Of a stretch of 64,000 nucleotides of DNA, positions 33,001-45,000 are shown one piece after another. Every line of letters begins with the position of its first letter. Positions within the stretch are counted from its first letter, which is position 1. The stretch is taken from assembly GCF_046119375.1 (NCBI RefSeq), contig NW_027362766.1, positions 10,106,001 to 10,170,000 of the forward strand. Direction: 5' to 3'. The translations under genes were made by a program, and so were the position numbers. A model generated the notes under the pieces. That model saw only the letters and a program-made list of their open reading frames with translations, made no database searches and was not told the DNA's origin. The DNA is from Phyllobates terribilis. Lineage: Eukaryota.

Positions 33001-36000
33001 AGAGGAGAGAGGGGGGGACGGGCGAGAGGAGAGAGAGGGGGACGGGCGAGAGGAGAGAGAGGGGGACGGGCGTCAGACGGGCGAGAGGAGAGAGAGGGAT
33101 GGACGGGCCTCAGACGGGCGAGAGGAGAGAGAGGGATGGACGGGCCTCAGACGGGCGAGAGGAGAGAGAGGGATGGATGGGCCTCAGACGGGCGAGAGGA
33201 GAGAGAGGGATGGATGGGCCTCAGACGGGCGAGAGGAGAGAGAGGGATGGACGGGCCTCAGACGGGCGAGAGGAGAGAGAGGGATGGACGGGCCTCAGAC
33301 GGGCGAGAGGAGAGAGAGGAATGGACGGGCCTCAGACGGGCGAGAGGAGAGAGAGGGATGGACTGGCGTCTGACGGGCGAGAGGAGAGAGAGGGATGGAC
33401 GGGCCTCAGACGGGCGAGAGGAGAGAGAGGGACTGGCGTCTGACGGGCGAGAGGAGAGAGAGGGACTGGCGTCTGACGGGCGAGAGGAGAGAGAGGGACT
33501 GGCGTCTGACGGGCGAGAGGAGAGAGAGGGACTGGCGTCTGACGGGCGAGAGGAGAGAGAGGGACTGGCGTCTGACGGGCGAGAGGAGAGAGAGGGACTG
33601 GCGTCTGACGGGCGAGAGGAGAGAGAGGGGACTGGCGTCTGACGGGCGAGAGGAGAGAGAGGGACTGGCGTCTGACGGGCGAGAGGAGAGAGAGGGACTG
33701 GCGTCTGACGGGCGAGAGGAGAGAGAGGGACTGGCGTCTGACGGGCGAGAGGAGAGAGAGGGACTGGCGTCTGACGGGCGAGAGGAGAGAGAGGGACTGG
33801 CGTCTGACGGGCGAGAGGAGAGAGAGGGACTGGCGTCTGACGGGCGAGAGGAGAGAGAGGGACTGGCGTCTGACGGGCGAGAGGAGAGAGAGGGACTGGC
33901 GTCTGACGGGCGAGAGGAGAGAGAGGGACTGGCGTCTGACGGGCGAGAGGAGAGAGAGGGACTGGCGTCTGACGGGCGAGAGGAGAGAGAGGGACTGGCG
34001 TCTGACGGGCGAGAGGAGAGAGAGGGACTGGCGTCTGACGGGCGAGAGGAGAGAGAGGGACTGGCGTCTGACGGGCGAGAGGAGAGAGAGGGACTGGCGT
34101 CTGACGGGCGAGAGGAGAGAGAGGGACTGGCGTCTGACGGGCGAGAGGAGAGAGAGGGACTGGCGTCTGACGGGCGAGAGGAGAGAGAGGGACTGGCGTC
34201 TGACGGGCGAGAGGAGAGAGAGGGACTGGCGTCTGACGGGCGAGAGGAGAGAGAGGGACTGGCGTCAGGAGAGAGAGGGACGGGCGTCTGACGGGCGAGA
34301 GGAGAGAGAGGGACGGGCGTCTGACGGGCGAGAGGAGAGAGAGGGACGGGCGTCTGACGGGCGAGAGGAGAGAGAGGGACGGGCGTCTGACGGGCGAGAG
34401 GAGAGAGAGGGACGGGCGTCTGACGGGCGAGAGGAGAGAGAGGGACGGGCGTCTGACGGGCGAGAGGAGAGAGAGGGACGGGCGTCTGACGGGCGAGAGG
34501 AGAGAGAGGGACGGGCGTCTGACGGGCGAGAGGAGAGAGAGGGACGGGCGTCTGACGGGCGAGAGGAGAGAGAGGGACGGGCGTCTGACGGGCGAGAGGA
34601 GAGAGAGGGACGGGCGTCTGACGGGCGAGAGGAGAGAGAGGGACGGGCGTCTGACGGGCGAGAGGAGAGAGAGGGACGGGCGTCTGACGGGCGAGAGGAG
34701 AGAGAGGGACGGGCGTCTGACGGGCGAGAGGAGAGAGAGGGACGGGCGTCTGACGGGCGAGAGGAGAGAGAGGGACGGGCGTCTGACGGGCGAGAGGAGA
34801 GAGAGGGACGGGCGTCTGACGGGCGAGAGGAGAGAGAGGGACGGGCGTCTGACGGGCGAGAGGAGAGAGAGGGACGGGCGTCTGACGGGCGAGAGGAGAG
34901 AGAGGGACGGGCGTCTGACGGGCGAGAGGAGAGAGAGGGACGGGCGTCTGACGGGCGAGAGGAGAGAGAGGGACGGGCGTCTGACGGGCGAGAGGAGAGA
35001 GAGGGACGGGCGTCTGACGGGCGAGAGGAGAGAGAGGGACGGGCGTCTGACGGGCGAGAGGAGAGAGAGGGACGGGCGTCTGACGGGCGAGAGGAGAGAG
35101 AGGGACGGGCGTCTGACGGGCGAGAGGAGAGAGAGGGACGGGCGTCTGACGGGCGAGAGGAGAGAGAGGGACGGGCGTCTGACGGGCGAGAGGAGAGAGA
35201 GGGACGGGCGTCTGACGGGCGAGAGGAGAGAGAGGGACGGGCGTCTGACGGGCGAGAGGAGAGAGAGGGACGGGCGTCTGACGGGCGAGAGGAGAGAGAG
35301 GGACGGGCGTCTGACGGGCGAGAGGAGAGAGAGGGACGGGCGTCTGACGGGCGAGAGGAGAGAGAGGGACGGGCGTCTGACGGGCGAGAGGAGAGAGAGG
35401 GACGGGCGTCTGACGGGCGAGAGGAGAGAGAGGGACGGGCGTCTGACGGCGAGAGGAGAGAGAGGGACGGGCGTCTGACGGGCGAGAGGAGAGAGAGGGA
35501 CGGGCGTCTGACGGGCGAGAGGAGAGAGAGGGACGGGCGTCTGACGGGCGAGAGGAGAGAGAGGGACGGGCGTCTGACGGGCGAGAGGAGAGAGAGGGAC
35601 GGGCGTCTGACGGGCGAGAGGAGAGAGAGGGACGGGCGTCTGACGGGCGAGAGGAGAGAGAGGGACGGGCGTCTGACGGGCGAGAGGAGAGAGAGGGACG
35701 GGCGTCTGACGGGCGAGAGGAGAGAGAGGGGGACGGGCGTCTGACGGGCGAGAGGGAGAGAGAGGGGGGACGGGCGTCAGACGGGCGAGAGGAGAGAGAG
35801 GGATGGACGGGCCTCAGACGGGCGAGAGGAGAGAGAGGGGGACGGGCGTCAGACGGGCGAGAGGAGAGAGAGGGATGGACGGGCCTCAGACGGGCGAGAG
35901 GAGAGAGAGGGATGGACTGGCCTCAGACGGGTGAGAGGAGAGAGAGGGATGGACGGGCGTCAGACTGGCGAGAGGGGGACCCACAGGAGACATTGACATG

Positions 36001-39000
36001 CTGCGGGTGTGATAAGATGTCTGTGTCTGCGGGTGCACAGAGACACATAGTGGACCTGGGATGTCTAGAAATCCATCCACTGCTGTAACATCTGGACGCT
36101 GCATAAACACACAGCGTCAAATCCACAGCGGCTCCTGATCGTGGGCACAGGGCCTTAGGGAGGGGGGATGTGACGGGTGTAAGCCGTGGGACTGACTGGT
36201 GTGAGGGGGTGGCATAGATCACATGTCATGTGTTTGTCAGCTGCAGGTTCAGAAGCTGAGGATTGGCCACATGCGGGGGTCTTACTATGGAGGCTCCCTC
36301 CCAAATGTCAATCAGATCAGCGGCGGATCCACAGAGTTTCAGGTAAAGAATCTTCCTCTTCTGTTGCTGTACCCTCCTCCTTTCTTTACCCTCCTCCTCC
36401 TTTCTTTACCCTCCTCCTCCTTTCTTTACCCTCCTCCTCCTTTCTTTACCCTCCTCCTCCTTTCTTTACCCTCCTCCTTTCTTTACCCTCCCTCCCTCCT
36501 CCTTTCTTTACCCTCCTCCTCCTCCTTTCTTTACCCTCCCTCCTCCTCCTTTCTTTCCCTCCTCCTCCTCCTTTCTTTACCCTCCTCCTCCTCCTTTCTT
36601 TACCCTCCTCCTCCTCCTTTCTTTACCCTCCTCTCCTCCTCCTCCTCCTTTCTTTACCCTCCTCCTCCTCCTTTCTTTACCCTCCTCCTCCTCCTTTCTT
36701 TACCTCCCCTCCTCCTTTCTTTACCCTCCTCCTCCTCCTTTCTTTACCCTCCTCCTCCTCCTTTCTTACCCTCCTCCTCCTCCTTTCTTTACCCTCCTCC
36801 TCCTTTCTTTACCCTCCTCCTCCTCCTTTCTTTACCCTCCTCCTCCTCCTTTCTTTACCCTCCTCCTNNNNNNNNNNNNNNNNNNNNNNNNNNNNNNNNN
36901 NNNNNNNNNNNNNNNNNNNNNNNNNNNNNNNNNNNNNNNNNNNNNNNNNNNNNNNNNNNNNNNNNNNNNNNNNNNNNNNNNNNNNNNNNNNNNNNNNNNN
37001 NNNNNNNNNNNNNNNNNNNNNNNCCTTTCTTTACCCTCCTCCTCCTCCTCCTTTCTTTACCCTCCTCCTCCTCCTCCTTTCTTTACCCTCCCTCCTCCTC
37101 CTCCTTTCTTTACCCTCCTCCTCCTCCTCCTTTCTTTACCCTCCTCCTCCTCCTCCTTTCTTTACCCTCCTCCTCCTCCTCCTTTTCTTTACCCCCTCCC
37201 CTCCTCCTCCTTTCTTTACCCTCCTCCTCCTCCTCCTTTCTTTACCCTCCTCCTCCTCCTCCTTTCTTAACCCTCCTCCTCCTCCTCCTTTCTTTACCCT
37301 CCCCCTCCTTTCTTTCCCTCCTCCTCCTCCTCCTCCTTCTTTACCCTCCCTCCTCCTCCCTCCTTTCTTTACCCTCCTCCTCCTCCTCCTTTCTTTACCT
37401 CCTCCTCCTTTCTTTACCCTCCTCCTCCTCCTTCTTTACCCTCCTCCTCCTCCTTTCTTTACCCTCCTCCCTCCTCCTTTCTTTACCCTCCTCCTCCTTT
37501 CTTTACCCTCCTCCTCCTCCTCCTCCTTTCTTTACCCTCCTCCTCCTCCTCCTCCTTTCTTTACCCTCCCCCTCCTTTCTTTACCCTCCCCTCCTTTCTT
37601 TACCCTCCCCCTCCTTTCTTTACCCTCCTCCCCTCCTTTCTTTACCCTCCTCCTCCTCCTTTCTTTACCCTCCCCCCTCCTTTCTTTACCCTCCTCCTCC
37701 TCCTTTCTTTACCCTCCTCCTCCTCCTTTCTTTACCCTCCTCCTCCTCCTTTCTTTACCCTCCTCCTCCTTTTCTTTACCCTCCTCTTTCTTTACCCCCT
37801 CCTCCTCCTCCTCCTTTCTTTACCCTCCTCCTCCTCCTTTCTTTACCCTCCTCCTCCTCCTCCTCCTTTCTTTACCCCCCTCCTCCTCCTCCTCCCCTTT
37901 CTTTCCCTCCTCCTCCTCCTCCTCCTCCTTTCTTTACCCTCCTCCTCCTCCTTCTACCTCCTCCTCCTTTCTTTACCCTCCTCCTTTCCCTCCTCCTCCT
38001 CCTTTCTTTACCTCCTCCTCCTCCTTCCTTACCNNNNNNNNNNNNNNNNNNNNNNNNNNNNNNNNNNNNNNNNNNNNNNNNNNNNNNNNNNNNNNNNNNN
38101 NNNNNNNNNNNNNNNNNNNNNNNNNNNNNNNNNCTCCCCCTCCTTTCTTTACCCTCCCCCTCCTTTCTTTACCCTCCCCCTCCTTTCTTTACCCTCCCCC
38201 TCCTTTCTTTACCCTCCCCCTCCTTTCTTTACCCTCCCCCTCCTTTCTTTACCCTCCCCCTCCTTTCTTTACCCTCCCCCTCCTTTCTTTACCCTCCCCC
38301 TCCTTTCTTTACCCTCCCCCTCCTTTCTTTACCCTCCCCCTCCTTTCTTTACCCTCCCCCTCCTTTCTTTACCCTCCCCCTCCTCCTTTCTTTACCCTCC
38401 CCCTCCTCCTTTCTTTACCCTCCCCCTCCTCCTTTCTTTACCCTCCCCCTCCTCCTTTCTTTACCCTCCTCCTCCTCCTTTCTTTACCCTCCTCCTCCTC
38501 CTTTCTTTACCCTCCTCCTCCTCCTTTCTTTACCCTCCTCCTCCTCCTTTCTTTACCCTCCTCCTCCTCCTTTCTTTACCCTCCTCCTCCTCCTTTCTTT
38601 ACCCGCTCCTCCTTTCCTCCTTTCTTTACCCGCTCCTCCTTTCCTCCTTTCTTTACCCGCTCCTCCTTACCTCCGTTCTTTACCCTCTCCTCTCGTCGTC
38701 CTCCCTTCTTTACCCGCTCCTCTCGTCGTCCTCCCTTCTTTACCCGCTCCTCTCGTCGTCCTCCCTTCTTTACCCGCTCCTTTCGTGTCTTTCAGAGCCC
38801 GTCACCGTTGGACCCTCGGGGCACCCGTCATCATGGTTTAGTGGAGAGGCGGGGCACCCGTCATCATGGTTTAGTGGAGAGGGTGCAGCACAGAGACGCT
38901 CGGCGGATGATGTCTCCGCTGCGCCGCTACATGCGGCAGATATCCTTCCTTTCTGCTGCTCTGTTGTAGGGGGTCTGATTCCCGCTGACACCAGAGGACA

Positions 39001-42000
39001 GTAGCTCTGCGTGCGGTGTGCGTGAGACCCCGGATACTTTGCGGGGGTTACATTCTAATGACTTTCCTTAACAAAGTCACGTGGACAGCTCTCCTTACAG
39101 TGCGTCCTACCTGTCCCCACACCAGGAGTCCTGGAGAAGGTAATGTGGGGGCTCAACCTATGTCATCCACTGCTGGTACCCCATTGTCTTATCCTTCAGT
39201 CACCTCTAGAGCTGCAGTCCCTATCCTGCGGTTACATAATGTCTTATCCTCCAGTCACCTCTAGAGCTGCAGTCACTATCCTGCGGTTACATAATGTCTT
39301 ATCCTCCAGTCACCTCTAGAGCTGCAGTCACTATCCTGCGGTTACATAATGTCTTATCCTCCAGTCACCTCTAGAGCTGCAGTCACTATCTTGCTGCTAT
39401 CCAGAGCGGCCCCTTTAGTCGCCCGGATAAAGGATCTGAGTTGAGTGCAGCTCTGGCTTTGACTGGAGAGGGAAGACGGGTGTCAGATGGGTGCCCTGTA
39501 ATAATCCTTTAATCCTTTTTTTTTCGTTGTGAAGGAACCCCACCTGGGGCGGCGGCCCCCCGGACACAGGACAGCTCTTTAGGCTGCCGAGCGCCCTGAA
39601 CAGGTGAAGCTTCTTGCTATCTGTGTGCTGCCCCCCCCCACTGGCTTGTGTGTGTGCTGCCCCCCACGCTCCCCGCTGGCCTGTGTGTGCTGCCCCCCAC
39701 GCTCCCCGCTGGCCTGTGTGTGCTGCCCCCCACGCTCCCCGCTGGCCTGTGTGTGCTGCCCCCCACGCTCCCCGCTGGCCCGTGTGTGCTGCCCCCCACG
39801 CTCCCCGCTGGCCCGTGTGTGCTGCCCCCCACGCTCCCCGCTGGCCCGTGTGTGCTGCCCCCCACGCTCCCCGCTGGCCCGTGTGTGCTGCCCCCCACGC
39901 TCCCCGCTGGCCCGTGTGTGCTGCCCCCCACGCTCCCCGCTGGCCCGTGTGTGCTGCCCCCCACGCTCCCCGCTGGCCCGTGTGTGCTGCCCCCCACGCT
40001 CCCCGCTGGCCCGTGTGTGCTGCCCCCCACGCTCCCCGCTGGCCCGTGTGTGCTGCCCCCCACGCTCCCCGCTGGCCCGTGTGTGCTGCCCCCCACGCTC
40101 CCCGCTGGCCCGTGTGTGCTGCCCCCCACGCTCCCCGCTGGCCCGTGTGTGCTGCCCCCCACGCTCCCCGCTGGCTTGTGTGTGCTGCTCCCCGCTGGCT
40201 TGTGTGTGCTGCTCCCCGCTGGCTTGTGTGTGCTGCTCCCCGCTGGCTTGTGTGTGCTGCTCCCCGCTGGCTTGTGTGTGCTGCTCCCCGCTGGCTTGTG
40301 TGTGCTGCTCCCCGCTGGCTTGTGTGTGCTGCTCCCCGCTGGCTTGTGTGTGCTGCTCCCCGCTGGCTTGTGTGTGCTGCTCCCCGCTGGCTTGTGTGTG
40401 CTGCTCCCCGCTGGCTTGTGTGTGCTGCTCCCCGCTGGCTTGTGTGTGCTGCTCCCCGCTGGCTTGTGTGTGCTGCCCCCCACGCTCTCCGCTGGCTTGT
40501 GTGTGCTGCCCCCCACGCTCCCCGCTGGCTTGTGTGTGCTGCCCCCCACGCTCCCCGCTGGCCTGTGTATGCTGGGCCCCCTTTTAGCCTGTGCTGTGTG
40601 ATGATGCCCCCCGCAGCGACATGCCCCCTTCGCCCTGTCTTCTGCCTCCTTGTGCCCGTCCTGACCAATGTGCACTGTCCTCCCCTCCCTCGCAGAACAA
40701 ACTCTGACTCCGCCCTGCACACGAGTGTGATGAACCCAGTCTCCCAGGAGCCGTACCCCGGACCCTCACCAGGGGTCTCCTCCACCTCCCGCAGGAGTGG
40801 TAAGTGACAGTGCAGGCAACTGTGAGGGGCTAAACGAGTAGATGGGAGGCTTTGGATATGGGAGGGCTGTGCATGGTGACAATGTGTTAGGATTGTGCAC
40901 ACTGTGTCATCCTTCTCTTCCGTGCCGGCAGCCTTCCCTTTCAGTGTCCCAGCGATAGAGGAGTCTCAGGTGGACGGTGGGCACCTGCTGAGTCCGTGTG
41001 ACACCAAAAAAGTGAGTGCCGTGGATATGTGACGACGGGTGTGGGCGCCATACTTGTACATGAGTGTAAATGTGCCCCCTTGGCTCCTGTCCACAGCTGC
41101 CCTCTGCCTCTGGCCGCCCGAAATCCTGTGAGGTACCCGGGATTAAGTAAGTAGAGCGCAGCGGAGGATTGTGGCATCAGCCCGCGCCGTCTCTGGTGCA
41201 GGGGCATGTCATTCCTTGTCTTCATGTTTCAGCATTTACCCCTTGGTGGATCAGCCTGCCAGCCTTCCCGCAGCTGCTTCTGTACTTAACACCGGGGGGT
41301 CCTTACCAGACCTGACCAGCCTGCACTTCCCATCACCCCTCCCCACGCCCCTGGACCCAGACGAGTCTGGATTCAGCAGCCTGAGCGGCGGCAGCAGCAC
41401 CGGAAACCTCACCAGCACCATGACCCATCTGGGCATCAGCAGGGTTGGATTCCCCACCGGGCTCGACTCATCAGGTAAACTGGCCATACAGAACTATCAC
41501 TCCCAGCGTGTGCAATCACTGCAGTGTCCGTCAGCTCGCACGTTGCCTCCCCGACGCCGCTCCTCGGTCACCTCGCACGTCGCCGCTCCTCGGTCACCTC
41601 GCACGTCGCCGCTCCTCGGTCACCTCGCACGTCGCCGCTCCTCGGTCACCTCGCACGTCGCCGCTCCTCGGTCACCTCGCACGTCGCCGCTGCTCGGTCA
41701 CCTCGCACGTCGCCGCTCCTCGGTCACCTCGCACGTCGCCGCTCCTCGGTCACCTCGCACGTCGCCGCTCCTCGGTCACTTCGCACGTCGCCGCTCCTCG
41801 GTCACTTCGCACGTCGCCGCTCCTCGGTCACCTCGCACGTCGCCGCTCCTCGGTCACCTCGCACGTCGCCGCTCCTCGGTCACCTCGCACGTCGCCGCTC
41901 CCCGGTCACCTCGCACGTCGCCGCTCCCCGGTCACCTCGCACGTCGCCGCTCCTCGGTCACCTCGCACGTCGCCGCTCCTCGGTCACCTCGCACGTCGCC

Positions 42001-45000
42001 GCTCCTCGGTCACCTCGCACGTCGCCGCTCCTCGGTCACCTCGCACGTCGCCGCTCCTCGGTCACCTCGCACGTCGCCGCTCCTCGGTCACCTCGCACGT
42101 CGCCGCTCCTCGGTCACCTCGCACGTCGCCGCTCCTCGGTCACCTCGCACGTCGCCGCTCCTCGGTCACCTCGCACGTCGCCGCTCCTCGGTCACCTCGC
42201 ACGTCGCCGCTCCTCGGTCACCTCGCACGTCGCCGCTCCTCGGTCACGTCGCCGCTCCTCGGTCGCCTCGCACGTCGCCGCTCCGACGCCGCTCCTCGGT
42301 CACCTCGCACGTCGCCTCGCACGTCGCCGCTCCGACGCCGCTCCTCGGTCACCGCTCCTCCGTCGCCTCGCACGTCGCCGCTCCGACGCCGCTCCTCGGT
42401 CACCGCTCCTCCGTCGCCTCGCACGTCGCCGCTCCGACGCCGCTCCTCGGTCACCGCTCCTCCGTCGCCTCGCACGTCGCCGCTCCGACGCCGCTCCTCG
42501 GTCACCGCTCCTCCGTCGCCTCGCACGTCGCCGCTCCTCCGTCACCTCGCACACTAGGTTACCACTATGTTCTTGGTTCCAGGTTTTTCGCTCTCGGCCG
42601 GCGTGCAGAATCCTCTGAGCCGTCAGTCCCTGCAGTCGTCGCTGAGTAACCCAAACCTGCAGACGTCCCTCAGCAGCGCCTCCCTACAGACCTCCTACAG
42701 TAATCCCTCCCTGCAGTCGTCGCTCAGCAGCCTGTCTCTGCCCTCATCCCTGAGCAATCAGTCGTTGTCGCCCTCGGCCAGCAGTCACAGTCTGCCCTCT
42801 GCCTACAGCACCCCGTCCTCTCCGTCCTCCTCCTCCTCCTCCTCATTTCCTCCTCTGGCTCCTGCCTCACTGAACACCTCCCCACGTCGTAGAGTCCCTC
42901 TCAGCCCCCTGACATTGCCGATGGCCGGAGACTCCAGGAGGCCGCACCAAAAGCAATTCTCCCCTACTATGTCCCCGACGCTGACCTCCATCACTCAGGT
43001 AACAATCATTGCCCCATCTGCCTTCCTCTATGACTACCACCCCCATTCTCTCTCATACATTTACCTTCTGTGTGTTTTCTAGGGCGTCCCCCTGGATACC
43101 AGCAAAATGCCCACCGAGCAGAGACTGCCGCCTTACCATTATAATCACCCCGGCCTCATGCCCCACTCCCAGCATCCTCTGCACCATTCCCAGCTGCCAA
43201 TGCACGACTCCCAGCATCCTCTGCACCATTCCCAGCAGCCAATGCACGACTCCCAGCATCCTCTGCACCATTCCCAGCCGCCAATGCATGACTCCCAGCA
43301 TCCTCTGCACCATTCCCAGCAGCCAATCAACGACTCCCAGCATCCTCTGTACCATTCCCAGCCGCCAATGCACGACTCCCAGCATCCTCTGCACCATTCC
43401 CAGCAGCCAATGCACGACTCCCAGCATCCTCTGCACGACTCCCAGCATCCTTTGTCCCAGACCCAGCACTCTTCACATGATGTGCAGCCATCATTACACC
43501 ATTCCCAGAATCCAGCGCCACAGCTGCCTATAATGCCACCCCAACAGCCATCACAACAAGCCCCCCAATCCCTGAACCAACATGGACAACATGTGTTGGG
43601 GGAGGTTTCCCAGAAGCCTTTGCCACAAACCTCCCACAAAAATAATCATGGTGTTGCGTCAAAACATGGGAGAATCATTCTACCAGTCGCCCCTGACTGA
43701 CTACACGCTGGGCAATGTAAGTTCCTGGTGGTCTTCATGTGGTCATTTGTCCTCGCTGCTGCTGCTCTCTGTGACTGCGCTCTGCTGCTGCTCTCTGTGA
43801 CTGCGCTCTGCTGCTGCTCTCTGTGACTGCGCTCTGCTGCTGCTCTCTGTGACTGCGCTCTGCTGCTGCTCTCTGTGACTGCGCTCTGCTGCTGCTCTCT
43901 GTGACTGCGCTCTGCTGCTGCTCTCTGTGACTGCGCTCTGCTGCTGCTCTCTGTGACTGCGCTCTGCTGCTGCTCTCTGTGACTGCGCTCTGCTGCTGCT
44001 CTCTGTGACTGCGCTCTGCTGCTGCTCTCTGTGACTGCGCTCTGCTGCTGCTCTCTGTGACTGCGCTCTGCTGCTGCTCTCTGTGACTGCGCTCTGCTGC
44101 TGCTCTCTGTGACTGCGCTCTGCTGCTGCTGCTCTCTGTGACTGCGCTCTCTGCTGCTGCTCTCTGTGACTGCGCTCTCTGCTGCTGCTCTCTGTGACTG
44201 CGCTCTGCTGCTGCTCTCTGTGACTGCGCTCTCTGCTGCTGCTCTCTGTGACTGCGCTCTCTGCTGCTGCTCTCTGTGACTGCGCTCTCTGCTGCTGCTC
44301 TCTGTGACTGCGCTCTCTGCTGCTGCTCTCTGTGACTGCGCTCTCTGCTGCTGCTCTCTGTGACTGCGCTCTCTGCTGCTGCTCTCTGTGACTGCGCTCT
44401 CTGCTGCTGCTCTCTGTGACTGCGCTCTCTGCTGCTGCTCTCTGTGACTGCGCTCTCTGCTGCTGCTCTCTGTGACTGCGCTCTCTGCTGCTGCTCTCTG
44501 TGACTGCGCTCTCTGCTGCTGCTCTCTGTGACTGCGCTCTCTGCTGCTGCTCTCTGTGACTGCGCTCTCTGCTGCTGCTCTCTGTGACTGCGCTCTCTGC
44601 TGCTGCTCTCTGTGACTGCGCTCTCTGCTGCTGCTCTCTGTGACTGCGCTCTCTGCTGCTGCTCTCTGTGACTGCGCTCTCTGCTTCTCTGACTGTTCTC
44701 TCTGCTGCTGCTGCTCTCTGACTGCGCTCTGCTGCTGCTCTCTGTGACTGAGCGCTCTGCTGCTGCTCTCTGTGACTGAGCGCTCTGCTGCTGCTCTCTG
44801 TGACTGCGCGCTCTGCTGCTGATGCTCTGTGACTGCGCTATGCTGCTGCTCTCTGTGACTGCTCTCTGACTGCGCTCTCTGCTGCTGCTGCTCTGACTGC
44901 GCTCTGCTGCTCTCTGACTGCGCTCTGCTGCTCTCTGACTGCGCTCTGCTGCTCTCTGACTGCGCTCTGCTGCTCTCTGACTGCGCTCTGCTGCTCTCTG

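Larger units (their letters stand above)
36370..38780. repeat. Polypyrimidine low-complexity repeat filling CRTC2 intron 2
   Basis: (CCT)n-TTCTTTAC modules, interrupted by two N gaps. Confidence 0.95.

Noticed and set aside
30354-34291. Arg/Glu/Gly-rich ORFs in CRTC2 intron 1
   Set aside because: Translations of the 33-bp purine repeat.
36186-38969. 927-aa and 872-aa ORFs
   Set aside because: Stop-free translation of a C/T-only intronic repeat, spanning N gaps. Only the embedded CRTC2 exons 2 and 3 are real.
39415-42649. Long multi-frame ORFs over CRTC2 introns 5 and 9
   Set aside because: Open in several frames because the repeat units lack stops. Splice sites delimit the true exons.
43590-43675. 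Small intron explaining the exon 11 frame change
   Set aside because: The GT-AG pairs with the right phase give only ~19-26-nt introns, too short to splice.
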